Shown in pieces: positions 1-12,574 of a stretch of 64,000 nucleotides of DNA. The stretch spans positions 4,960,001 through 5,024,000 of the forward strand of contig JBHGNT010000012.1 of NCBI GenBank assembly GCA_043228905.1, given 5' to 3'. This DNA comes from Azolla caroliniana (Eukaryota; Plantae; Polypodiophyta). A model generated the notes under the pieces. The model saw only the letters and a program-made list of their open reading frames with translations. It ran no database searches and was not told the origin of the DNA. Made by a program: the position numbers and the translations under genes. Each line of letters begins with the position of its first letter. The first letter of the stretch is position 1.

Positions 1-2
1 AT

Positions 3-644
3 TGCCAAGACATTGCGAGTAAATGTAAGCATTTACTCGGTATCTGAACAATTATTGAGAGGCATACACCACATTTATGTGGCTCATTGCCTTTTATAGA
101 TCACGCGACCCAAATGCGAATGGACCATAATACAGAAATAGAAGTGGAGGCAGAGGTAGAACGAGTCGAGGAGACAAACCCCACAACATCAGAGATTGAA
201 TCATTCAAGTCCAAAATACAAACGGTCGTGAAAGCACTTCAATGTCTCGAGCAAGGGTTAGGAACCTTCGACCGTGCAACTATTGCCAAAGGTATACAAA
301 CATTGGAAGATGTGGCTGAGAAGGTGTATCAAGTTGGTGCGCCAAAATCAACCAATGAAGAAGATGACATATCAATAAGTCGCAACCAACAAATCGGTGC
401 CAAAAGAAGTGCAACAATAGACATCTCGCAAGAACTTATTGGTAGCTCCCCAAACAGTTCCAAATCCCATTCTGGAAAACTACAAAGAGGTGCAAGTCGG
501 GCTAGGAGGCGATTGCCAATAGGTGACCATGAGAAGGTTCGGTGTTTGCGTTGCGATGGCTTGACCTTGACTTCAAGGGACTCGAATGTTACATGTTGTA
601 AAAATTGTGGTTGCATCTTGCAATCATCCCGGCATGAACCATAA
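3..644 (+). mobile_element. 3' end of a degenerate Mutator-like (MULE) transposase, SWIM zinc finger region, truncated by the window edge
   Basis: The frame from position 3 reads CQDIASKCKHLLGI*, which fits the SWIM CxC...CKH pattern. After the in-frame TGA at 45-47 it continues into ORF 87-644, which ends in CxxC...CxxC. Confidence 0.55.
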
Positions 645-825
645 TCTTAATAAGTAACGTGTATATTCATATATCATTTTAGGGTTGTCAACATTTGACG
701 TTTTAATATTTTATGTAAGACTTGTTATTTGAATCTTTAGGTTTTTTTGAGAAATTTTATGATCATTTCCATGGCAAATATTTGTTGTACACTTACCATT
801 TTTTGGAGTTTTTGATGTTTGTTTT

Positions 826-975
826 TAAGTCGGGCTCCTTCCCTGAGTCGGTCGAGCTCCTGATGACAAAGGCTGTCAGATAGCGGGGCTCCTTTTGAAA
901 GAGTCGGGCTCCTTCTCACAGAGGATGTTAGAGAGTTGAGCTCCTTTACACAGAGTCGGGCTCCTGGTGACAGAT
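826..975. repeat. Clustered GAGTCGGGCTCCT-like motifs, probably subterminal repeats of the MULE
   Basis: About 6 copies of gtcgggctcct / gagctcct / ggggctcct lie within 150 bp downstream of the transposase fragment. Confidence 0.5.
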
Positions 976-1296
976 GTTGTCAGCTTTTTATCCATCTTGG
1001 ACGGTGGAGATCGAACACGCCATCAACGGTGCGACCTGCACCGTCCCTCTCCGCGATTCCCTCACTTAGCCCTCTTAAATATTTGGTAGTAGTTAGTCAC
1101 GAACCACACACACACACACACACATACATACACATACACATACACAGGATACACAGGTGACAGCCCATAGAGTTTGGATGAGTGGCAAGCACCAGAGCGT
1201 GCCACGTATGCCCTATCTTCTCTTCTGAGCACAGGAATCGCTCAGCTCCACTCCACCTCTCGTCGAGCAGCAGGAAAGACAGACAGAAGGAAAATA

Positions 1297-4200
1297 ATGG
1301 CGACGACGACGACGACACTCTCCTGGTCTCCTGGTGGTGGTAAGCCATTTCTAGGGTTTATTTCTCTGCCTTCCTCCCCCTGTACTTGTGCGTGTCTTTG
1401 TTTGTTGACGTAGTAGCAGCTATAATTGGGGTGTTTTAGGGTTTCTCTCTGTCTCTCTTGACGTCTACTACATGTGTAATGGTAGCAGCTCAATTCATGA
1501 GCCTTTATCACAGCTTCCGGCCATCGCGAACCTGTCTCTCGCAGGGACTGGTGTCGCCTAAACGCTTCCGAATCACGTCTCTGGCTCCATTGAATGCAGA
1601 CGAAATAACAACAGCAAGAGCTTCTTCTCCATCATCTTCCTTCAGTTTCCATGGCACGGCTTTGACGCTCGTCTCAGGTGTTCTCATCGGATTTCACTTG
1701 CTGATCTCTCCCCCAAGCTATGGTGTTGATGCTCTGCAGACTTGCGTCTGCCTTCTCAAAGAATGCAGGTTAGCTTTCCTGGATCAAACGTCAACATCTT
1801 GTGTCTTTTGTGCTGGATTTCAGAATAATCATTGCAATATTTACAAAACCTATTAATTTCCTCTATCGTAAATGACCTTGTATAGAAACAAATTGATTTT
1901 TCGATCTCTACTAGAGGCCAAAACTGATTAAGCATGTACAAGAGCATATGTATTTTAGGTATCCTGAATAAAAGAAAACGACAAGATATATATGCACAGA
2001 GGCATGTATTAATCATTGCAATAGTCACAAAACCTATTAATTATCTCTATCACAAATGACCTTGTATCGAAACAAATAGATTTTCCAAACTCTACTAGAG
2101 GCCAAAACTGATAAAGAGTGTACAAGAGCATATGTATTCTAGGTATCCTGAATAAATGAAAACGACAAGATACATATGCACAGAGGCATGTATCATGTTC
2201 AGTAACTCTATATATACACATATATAAGTTGGAATACGTACAATGGCTGGATAGCTCTTAGAAAATAAAATGGTGCATAAACATTGCCAGCATTTTAACA
2301 GTTGGGGGGGGTGGAAGGTTGTGATATTATGGCTTTTTTCAAATAGTCATTTCCATTGAGAAGTTGCAAATAGACTTGTGCAGATGGTACATGTGGCTAT
2401 TCTTTCATTACTGGCAGTATATCCTGATGAGTTTCAACAACGGGGTCCATTGACCTTGAAGGAAAATATGACATGCCCTGTTATTTTGCTATTGGAGAAC
2501 AATGCCCCATTTCTGATGGATGACTGTAGTCTACTTTGATTAACTCCCTCCAAACCTCGTTTTTAACATCTTCAGTACCTACAAGGGGGTTTCTGAAAAT
2601 TCAGAGAACTATGGACTATGGCATTTACTATTATTGTAGGAAGGATATTCTTAGATGGTGTGATTCGGATTGGGTTGATGATAAGACATTCTTGTCAAGG
2701 CCGAGCTTCATACAACGTACTTTTTTTTTTGTGAAGGCTGAAGCTATTTGTCTATGTGGTCTACTTTTGGAGCTTTGGATCTCCTACAACAGATCCACAC
2801 TGCTCTCGTGTGACAACCAAACTGTTGTTGCATTTGACGTGAACCCTATGTCCATGAGGGTCATGCTAAAGATCCTCGCTTCCAGTATTTGCCAACATTT
2901 GTCATTTTCGTTCTTTTACCAGGCTGGTGCTGAACAATATCTTTTCAGCCCAGCTTCACACCATTGCATTTCTTGTTGACATAGGGGTGTTAGACCTATT
3001 TGTCTTTGGCTACTTTGCATAGGTTAATACCTGGTTCAGCTTCAATAATTACCTGGTTCAGCTTCAATAATTAAAAAGTTTGCAGACATGTCATAAAACC
3101 ATTGAAGGAGGGAATGTAGGGCAGCCAATTTTTTGTCAGGCATAATGATGATCCTCAAAAACTCTAAATTGAAAAATAGAGCAGATTGCACCACATTGGA
3201 CTCCAAATCAGGTGGATTGCTGATTATGTTTTATAGATATCGAGCGTTTCATTTGGTCCAATCATGGAACAATTTTTAGTGTATCATTTGTTTTGCAAAC
3301 CCTAAACCAGGCCTAACTTGCAATTCAGAATGTACTCTTATGTTTTACTTCTGATGGAAGTTTCTATTAGCTTATAAATGAGGAGTCAGTTTATTGAGTT
3401 TCTCATCAATGTGCATGCTCTTATCTTTCTCGCGCTCTTCATCAAGGAGGCCATACACCCTCAACTATTTGCATCCTTGTTCTTTCTATATGAGTGACCA
3501 AGTTTAATCTAATTTTCTTAATCATCTTATTTGTACGTCTATCTCATAATCAATTTTCATTTTGTCATTGTTGTGCACACTATTACTATATACTTGTTAA
3601 TGCACACATGGACCATGACCACTTGTACATCATTGGGTCATTTCAACACTCGAAAAAGGTCATATGTGAAATGTTCTGGTACAATGTGGTCGCCATGAAG
3701 CATCTGTAAACCTTTCAAAAATGTATGCACAATTTATTGATCCATGCCTAGAAGTAATGACATGACATATAATGTTGGGGTAAAGGCCCTAAATGACCCC
3801 TTATAGTGTGTAAATGTGTATAGGCCTTTTTATAAAGGCCAAAAGTCGCTAATCATTTTTCCGTTATTTTTTGGGCCAAGTTCAGTGTGAACTTGGACAG
3901 CCCTAAATGGGTCATATAAAACATAAGTTAAAAACTTTTGGATCTCACTTGAAAGGTGAGCTCTTCCGACTACTACTCTCTCTCTATATCTTTTCTAGCA
4001 TAGCTCCACTGTTGCATCTAAAGAGCCTATACTAGGGTGAATCCTGAGTATTTCTCTGCCCTATTGACATCATTGCTAACCCTTACATATAATTCATAAT
4101 AGAGCAATTAGTGGTCAACATTGTCAATAAATCATATTTATTTGTTCAAGTTGAATTGATTAGGTATCCATCAAGAATACAAGAAGCTGGATGTTCTTGT

Positions 4201-7200
4201 CAATGATTACTCCCATTGGATTATATCAAAGGCTTTCTCCATATGGATTAAAATGCAATTTACACGATTAAATTATCCTGATCAATCTATAATGCATACT
4301 CCATTCCAGCATATTTATTTGCATTATTATTATGAGGTGTCTTAGAGAGCTCTTTGATTTGACCAACAATTTTGCCACTAGCTTCTACATTAGATTATAT
4401 TAGATATTTTTTAGCGTCTATAGAGAGGCCAATATTCACCGTCCTAAGAAGGGATACTCATACTTCCAAGCACAAAGTCTCATTTTTTAGCGTCTATAGA
4501 GAGGCCAATATTCACCTTCCTAAGAAGGGATATTCATACTTCCCATCACAAAGTCTCAATATGTAAGATATACACATATGAGCTCAAACTTCTAGGTGTG
4601 CTCTTTAGTGTGACACTCAATTCATCACCCCCTCTTAATATGTCACCGTAGCTTTCCCAAATTGTACTATATGCTGAGCATTTAAAAAGCAAATGATATT
4701 CATTATCTACGATCCCTATCTCGCATACTTTAAGTACATTTTTGCCACTTCTTCGTGAGTGGTTCCATTAATTGTCCCTCACTAAGTATATATATCATAG
4801 CATCACTTAAAAGGTCTAAGAGATCTTCTACACCCCATTGTTTGAACCATTTTTTGATGTCAACTATCCAACAAGAGGAGATAATTTTGCTCTTGTGACT
4901 CTTTTGTAGTTTACATCCAACATCCCAAGTAAGATGTTGTCATCTATGACTTGGCATATTCTCGACTCTCAATTGTCTCCTTAAAAACATCTTTTAAATA
5001 TTCTCAATTTGATTCCATGCATTAAGAGAGATAGTGCCTCCCGATTCTTCTACTCTATAAAGCACGACTTTTGTTACAATGGCATTCAATAACATTAGTT
5101 TCACTTCCCAACCATGAGTATTAGTTAGTTGCATTGATTCTCCAACATTTCTCTTCATTGTAAATTCACCTTTGATATCTTCTTTCTTACCCTTGAGTTA
5201 TCTTTATGCTTAAACAACTTTTTCTTTTTCTTTTCTCGCATTTGAATTTGTGTCTTTTCTTTCTCCTCGCTAACTTTCTATATTGGTTCCATGCATGGCT
5301 CTTCCACTTTACCCTCGTGCAAACTTAAATAGTTTGAGATACATCTTTCATATCTAATCAAACCAAGAATTACACTAGAAATTGGATCTTTTATGTCCAC
5401 CAACATGCATTTGAAAGTATTGATATACTCTCTTAAGGATGAACATCTTTCAAATGTTTCCAATTTTCTTCGACATCATTATGTAGAGAGCTTTGACAAT
5501 ATTTGAAAGTTCCACTTAACTTGATTTTTGAAAGATTTTTATCATGTACAAAATGCACATTTTGCGAATGTGATATAGGATATAGGAGAACTATATTAGG
5601 CAGCATGTGCGCCTTGAGAATATCTAAAATATAACATATGATAACTGAAGTTGATTGTCAGTTCCCGTTTTGTTTTTTATTCATGGGCTTCTTCCATTGG
5701 GCTGCTGTTTTTATCATTATTAGGTGTGGTCCCTGGTGTTTGTTTCACGCTGATGAGTTTTGGTTACACATCTCACATCACCTAGATGACATGGAGAAGA
5801 ACTTTCTTCCTTGGCCTTGTTTGGATTGTTGGATCTTAGGAAAACATTGAATTGTGGATTTGGATGATGCTGACTGGACACTTTGACTGGTGGCAGCTGT
5901 GACTTTGATAGGGTTCACCACTTTGAGGTTTGGTGTGGCATATAGGAGAGTGAATGTAGCCAACCAATGTTTATCAAGGTGCTGTGGTTCCCTTCTTTGT
6001 GATTCAGGAGACACATTTTGACTGATTAGTAGGGAATGATGCCTATGCAACCATGGTTTGGTCACATGGCGGAATAATTGTTAAAAACGTGCAATTTATG
6101 TATAGAATACATTTCAGAAAACGCTGTTCAACATGTATTGTTTGTTTTTATAACTGCCATTTTAAAATGTTCCCCAAGTTTAGGTATTTAACAAGCATTT
6201 CACATTTACAATTTTTTTTATTTTAAAAAATGTGGCCATTAGACAACTGTTAGATGCATTACAAATATAAGAAGTATTTAACGTATTTCACCTTCAGAAT
6301 ATGTATTCAAAGTATTTAAAGAAAAAAGTAAAATATTTAGAATATATAGCACATGTATTGTATGCCAAGTATTCGACAACTATGCACGGCGGTTTGAAGC
6401 ATATTGTTCATAATTTATTTAATTGATGTCATATTTTCTAGAAGCGTAACTTTTGCTTATAGTATTTAATATGCAACCAAAATTTAGCTTTGAGGTTCTA
6501 GAAAAGGCTGTTTCTGGAAAGGATAGACAGATTCTTTTTGCCTGTTAAAAACCATTTTGCTCCTATATAATAAACACTTCTAGATACTCTTGGTCAATTG
6601 TTTGCAGTCTTATATACAAAAGTGGACAAATGACATTGGGAACTGCTTCTCTATATCAGAATGTAACTTTTGCGAGAAAAAGAGAGAGAGAGACATTGAT
6701 TAATTTTCTCCAAATTCTTGATGAATAGGGTAGAACTAGCACGTTGTATTGCGGATCCATCTTGTGCTGCAAACGTAGCTTGCTTACAAACTTGCAATAA
6801 TAGGCCTGATGAAACAGAATGCCAGGTGTGCAGTCTTCCTCTTTATGTGCTTGTTTTGGAAGTAATGAAGGTATTTGGACATAAAAAGTTTAAATAATTG
6901 CATCAAGTTCTCAAGACTTTCATTTAGTTGGAATGAATGGATTAACTTTATTGATCCAGTGAGCTGCCATAAACATTGTGTTAAAGAAACAGTTACCACA
7001 AACTACTGTTCAAACAAAGGCAATCAAGATAAGTAGTAACTGTGAGGCAGCAAAATACATTATCAAAAGAAGGCAACATTCTATCAAAATAAATCTTCTT
7101 TTGAAATGCTAATCGATGATCTTGTCTCCTTCATCCCAAAGCATGACATCATATACCCCAGTGATAGAGAGTAGACATAGGTTGTATATAGGAATATTGT

Positions 7201-8515
7201 AATTGTGTATCCATCATATATAACATATCCTGGCAATAGAGGGCCTGTTTCCCTCTTTCACTTCAGTTTCCCACCATTAATGTTACAAATACGAAGAATG
7301 CTTTGTGACTTTTTTGATCATATTGCCCTTTTCAATTAGACCTTCAAGTTGAATGTACTGCATCTATTAGATAAGATTTGAGTGTTGAATCAAAATTTGC
7401 AAGATAATGAAAGACTCTTCATACCCTGGATAACCTCATTATCAAGTTTTTGATGCATGTTCATTCTTATAAAGAACGTGTAATTTCAGTTGGTTTCAGT
7501 CTGAGCTGTACTTAATTGCTACAATATTCCATTCACTCTTGTAGATAGGTTGTGGAGATCTTTTCGAAAATTCTGTAGTCGACCAATTCAACGAGTGTGC
7601 TGTATCAAGAAAAAAATGCGTGCCCCAGAAGGCAGACCAAGGTGCATATCCAATACCACAACCATCAGCTCTTGTGCAGAAGTTTGATACTCAAGACTTC
7701 AGTGGGAAATGGTATATCAGCAGTGGTTTAAATCCGACATTTGACACCTTTGATTGTCAATTACATGAGTTCTCAACTTCTCCAAAGAATCTTACAGCGA
7801 AGCTTTCATGGAGGATTCAAACTCCAGATGGAGGTTTTATAACACGCACTGCTGTTCAAAAGTTTGTGCAAGATTCAAGTCAACCGGGAATACTACTCAA
7901 CCATGGCAATGAGTTTCTACATTACCAAGATGACTGGTTTGAATTCTTTTCACTATCCTCTCTATTCAATGTTGAGTATGCAATTGTTAAATGTAGAATC
8001 AATGCATGCGTAGGTACATTTTGTCAGCCAAGACTATGAATGAACCCGATGATTACATATTTATTTACTATAAGGGTCGGAATGATGCATGGGATGGATA
8101 CGGAGGTGCGGTTGTGTATACACGCAGTAAGATTCTTCCATCAAGCATCATTCCTGAGCTGACAACAGCTGCTAAAAAAGCTGGGCTAGATTTCTCCAAA
8201 TTTAGAACTACTGATAATAGTTGTGCTCCAGAGCCACCCTTGCTTGCAAGAATAGAGAAGAAAGTTGAGGAGGGAGAGCGAGTGATTGTGCAAGAGGTGA
8301 AAGAGATTGAGGAGGAAGTAGTGAAGGTTGGAAAAAGTGAGATGGCATTGTTTGATAGGCTTAAATTAGGAGTGCAAGAGCTAAAGAAAGATCAAGATAT
8401 TCTCTTAAAAGAGTTAGGGGATGAGGAAAAAGCATTATTAGGTGACCTCAAAATGGAAGCTGAAGAAGTAGAGAAACTTTTTGGAAAGGCATTACCAATA
8501 CGAAAGCTAAGGTAA
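1297..8515 (+). CDS. VDE: Violaxanthin de-epoxidase, chloroplastic (NPQ1 ortholog), 5 coding exons
   Basis: Exons are 1297-1339, 1486/1489-1768, 6729-6825, 7545-7936 and 8014-8515, all GT-AG and in phase. The protein has a transit peptide, the Cys-rich domain ([60 protein letters not shown]), the lipocalin domain ([35 protein letters not shown]) and a Glu-rich tail ending KALPIRKLR. Exon 1 is the least certain. Confidence 0.96.
1827..2192. repeat. Tandem duplication, 2 x ~183 bp, in VDE intron 2
   Basis: taatcattgcaata...gcacagaggcatgtat occurs at ~1827 and ~2010 with scattered substitutions. Confidence 0.85.
2430..2995 (+). mobile_element. Highly decayed Copia RT/RNase H remnant in VDE intron 2
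   Basis: ORF 2536-2979 contains YGIYY...WCDSDW and LSCDNQ...NP (Copia RNase H motifs). It is followed by a PPT-like atagggg and then tgttag. Confidence 0.6.
4405..4558. repeat. Tandem duplication, 2 x ~76 bp, in VDE intron 2
   Basis: tttttagcgtctatagagaggccaatattcacc...cacaaagtctca is repeated twice. Confidence 0.8.
6073..6384. mobile_element. hAT-type MITE, copy 1
   Basis: The ends resemble CATAGTTGT (left aataattgtt, right acaactatg). The 8-bp TSD is catggcgg (6065-6072) / cacggcgg (6385-6392). The element is related to the inverted copy at 11075-11390. Confidence 0.7.
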
Positions 8516-8999
8516 GAAGGCACTTTTGTTCCCACCAAAGTAGGCCTGCATGTATCTGAAACTGTATGAGTACCAAAAAGTAAGTGAGATTATTGACATC
8601 CATTTTCTGTATCAATATAGAAGAGAATCCATTATTCTTAGTTGGGTTGCATGAATTTTATGAAATTTCTTTGTTGAAAGTTAAACTTGCTCCATCCAAG
8701 GTAGTTTCAATTGTAAAATTCATCAGTCCTCACTTGCGTCTCGGCTCAAGTTGTATCAAAGAGAACCAATTGGTTTGAACTTTTGATTGTATTATATATA
8801 ATAATAAATGATTCATATTAGCTTGATTAATGGTGCAAAGTACACTATCAATTATTTGTGGCTTTTAATGAGATATCTTTTTTCCTTGACACTTGCAAAT
8901 CTCTAGCTTTCTAATTGAAGACCTGCATTTGGTTTGAAAGGTCATCGATTGAATTGTTGATGGGAAGCGATAGAATGGCTCTAGGTCATTGAATATTAA

Positions 9000-11900
9000 T
9001 TTGTTGCCCACTAAACCAATGGGGCAACTATGGTGCATCATCAACGTACATCAACACATTGTTGGTTGGTTACTTTCAATGTGAGATGAAGGTCCCCTTG
9101 GTTGGGATCTGAATAGTAGGTAAGTCCTAGTAAGTCTTAATGTTACAACCATTTGTTGGTGCTCTGTTTTTGCAAAGTTATATATTAAAAACAAAAGGAT
9201 GTTACAAAAAAATGTGTTATCCTTAATTATACTAGTAAGGGTCTCATGGCAAGGCAAACTTGCTAAGGTGTTGCAATACTAGTGAATTAAAAGCTACTCC
9301 TCTAGGTACAAGGTGCTTGCAAAGCTTGGCTACTATTGGTGGACAGTGGACACTATGAGTGTTGATTTTGTACCATCAAATAACCAATCTTTCAATGGTG
9401 CCTCTATTGCTAATTTTGGAAAGGGCCACAAGAATAGGCATTACAACTACTAATCACCAAATATAGTCATATCCATGAGGTATATCAAACCTAGTGTGCA
9501 TTGTCGTAAAGGTCGTGATATGCATGTCTGACTCTAATACATCATAGTTACCAAGGCAAGCCAATGATTGAACTTAAACTTGAGATTTTCCTTTCCATCC
9601 CAATTTAATAGCTAGGATATTTTCTTTGCTTGGGTGGTGGTTGTTGCATCATTGATTCTAAACTCCTTTGACAAGAGCACATGAAGAATCATGATAGATT
9701 TTGAGAATTTAAACAATTGATCACTATAAACAACGCACCACCATGAGTTGATTTCTTTGTGCATGCTAGCAATGGGAAAAAATAAGAAACAATTGATCAC
9801 TATAAACCCAACTCATGTTGATTCTTGACTCTTACTTCGAAGTTATATTTTAATAAACAAGCTAAATGGATATTTGATTTCTTTGTCCATGTTGACAATG
9901 GGAAAAAATAAGAAACCACTAGAATCATAATAGTTTGTATCACTTTTGAGTTGTGAAGCAAATAACCAATGCTTGGGATACCCAATATACAAACTTGCCC
10001 AAGAGTCTCCCAATGTCCAAGTCAACTTTGACAAGGTGAGATATCAACACCAATAAGGTAACCTAAATGGCAACAATCATCACATTGTTCCAATATCTCC
10101 ATGCTAGCCAAGTTTAGCCAAAATTCTTTGAGCATCAGATAAGGATAAATTTACACATTTTAATATTGAATCGTGATGTTAATGCAACCACACTTCCATA
10201 GCTATAGTTAGATTATCATATGCCAATGCATGTGTTATCTCCATGATGGTAGCACAAGTCTCACAATTTCCCCACATTCCTCCAAGGTATGCATTATAAC
10301 AAGAATTGAATTGCAAGCAATAATGGACTCGATGGACATCCTTGTCATAAAATCATGTGAAAGGTATCTCCCTAGTCACTCAACCATTCAACATAACACA
10401 TGAGATTGCACCTACCCCCAATATGAAAGTAAGGCAAAACATCCTTGCATTGAAACCCATACAATATATAATATTTTGGGCAACAAACTACCAAGTTATG
10501 TTGATTCAAATTTCAAACATCATATACAACTAATATGATCATAATCCATCTCAATATGCAATAGAATCATTATAATTTTTTGTTTCAATTCATCAACACA
10601 ATCAACAACAATTTAAATAAAAGATTATGAAGGTTGGCATGGTCCCTCATGCAATAATACCCATATTGCATGGGATCGACAATTGAAGATAGCGCATTAT
10701 AAAGTTGATTTGTTATTACTTTAAAGAAAAGCCTATCCAAGCCACTACCAATGATATTGGTTTCCATTGAAGAAACGACATTGCCCACGCAATGTTTGGT
10801 AAAAGCTTGATGGCAAGAACTCTCCATGAATTAGGCATCTTATAGGAACTCCACATTTCACAAAACAATATTGCAAGAGGTTCTTTTAGTTGCTCAACAA
10901 AATTCTTTAAAAATTTCTTAGTTAGTTCATCCCAAGAAGGCTTCTACCATTATAAAGATATGATGAACACATTTCACCTCATCTCTTTTCCTCTAATGTC
11001 ACCATGACTTGTTGCTAACCTTCTGATTGATCAAGTCAAATAGCATTGAGATTGTTGGTCTCATCTCATTGTTTCATTGTTGTAAAATACTTAGCATAAA
11101 ATACGTGTAGAATACGTATTCTAAGTTTTTTTTTTTAAATACTTAGAATGCGTATTTTATAGATAAAATACGTTAAATACATAGAATACGTGTAGAATAC
11201 TTGTAAAATATGTTAAATACTTCTTAAATTTTAAGGTTTTTTTCAAAAACAAACTTTTAAAATTTTTTTAAAAATTAATTTTTTTTTGAAATGATAAATG
11301 CTTGTCAAATACATAGAATACGTAGAATACATCAAAAATTTTAAAACGACAGTTCCAAAACGTAGAATAGACTTTTTTTTAACAACTATGCATTGTTTAA
11401 AAAACACTTTGGATTAAAAAGAGTTGTGTAATGTTGTGTATAATTATCAATAATTACTTGAGGATCTGTACTGATACTATGATCAACATCTACGTGTAGC
11501 ACATTCAATCTAACAAGGGTAGAATATAAACCATGGGGGAATATATTTGAGTGACAATTATGATATTGTACAGCTCCTTTCATGTCTATCACTTGAGATT
11601 GTTGATAGTCATGAAACTCAAGATTTTCTTGCAAGGCTTGAGACATGTAACTTGTATATCCAATTACATGTCATCTAATGAAAGCGACATTAAACAAAGC
11701 ATCACATTGATCCAAAGGATTTTTTACCGGACCCACCTTTTCTTTGCATGAAAATGCTTGACAACTCCCATAAGGGGCAAAATGTTGAATATAGAAATAC
11801 AAACATTCCATGTAGAAACACTATAAACCCTTGTCTTGTAAAATCTCCCACTAGTTGTCCCATAGCTTGGTGAGACTATTTTGTCCAAGATATAAATAGC

Positions 11901-12296
11901 TAAATATAAGTGGTTGTGTTCCCAATAAAGATTGGAAACCATTCACTATTTGATGGTTAGATGATGCAAACCCCTTGATATACCTGCATTGTCAACTCTT
12001 CTATCAAGAATGCTTCATCATGCATCCCATATATACGATCCACCCAACTCCATGTTGATTTATATTGCACAAATTGAAAAGTATAACTAAGATTTGTTCC
12101 ATTAATTGAACTCTATACATCATACTTGAAACCTTGTATTGCAAACAAATCCCAAACCTCTCTTTTTGGATAATCAATTAAAATAGGAATTGAAGTAGAT
12201 TGACAACACTAGAACACATCATAAAATCACCAAAGACAAATAACTTGATTTGAGCATCACTAAATTGGACAACATCATTAGAAAGATAGAGTTTGT
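9000..12296 (-). mobile_element. Strongly degenerate L1-type LINE ORF2, interrupted by a MITE and by the Copia at 12297; endonuclease remnant probably continues to ~28900
   Basis: Minus-strand remnants include FGDF and ILDRR (endonuclease), WKPISL (RT N-terminus) and HLGYLIG (RT C-terminus), with many stops. Boundaries are approximate. Confidence 0.5.
11075..11390. mobile_element. hAT-type MITE, copy 2 (316 bp)
   Basis: The imperfect TIRs are cattgttgtaaaa and ttttaacaactatg. The 8-bp TSD CATTGTTT is perfect (11067-11074 and 11391-11398). The interior has many tagaatac repeats. Confidence 0.8.
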
Positions 12297-12350
12297 TGTT
12301 GGGAATTCGGTTCCTCTGGATAGGTTCCGATTATGAATGGAGAGGACCCG

Positions 12351-12574
12351 ATGAGAACCGTAAGAGATCTAGAAACTGGATGGGATGGACCTAGTGAGAA
12401 CCGTAAGAGATCTAGAAACTGGATGGGATGGACCTAGTGAGAACCGTAAGAGATCTAGAAACTGGATGGGATGGACCTAGTGAGAACCGTAAGAGATCCG
12501 GAAACTGGATCGGATGGACCTGGTGAGAACCGGAAGAGATCCAGAAACCAGATCAGATGGACCCGGTGAGAACC
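12351..12574 (+). repeat. 43-bp tandem array (5 copies plus a partial) in the 5' LTR of Copia A
   Basis: The unit is gtgagaaccgtaagagatctagaaactggatgggatggaccta. The first three copies are nearly identical. Confidence 0.9.

Noticed and set aside
12351-12574. CRISPR-like periodic repeats
   Set aside because: The units are contiguous with no unique spacers, lie inside a Copia LTR, and have no cas genes nearby.
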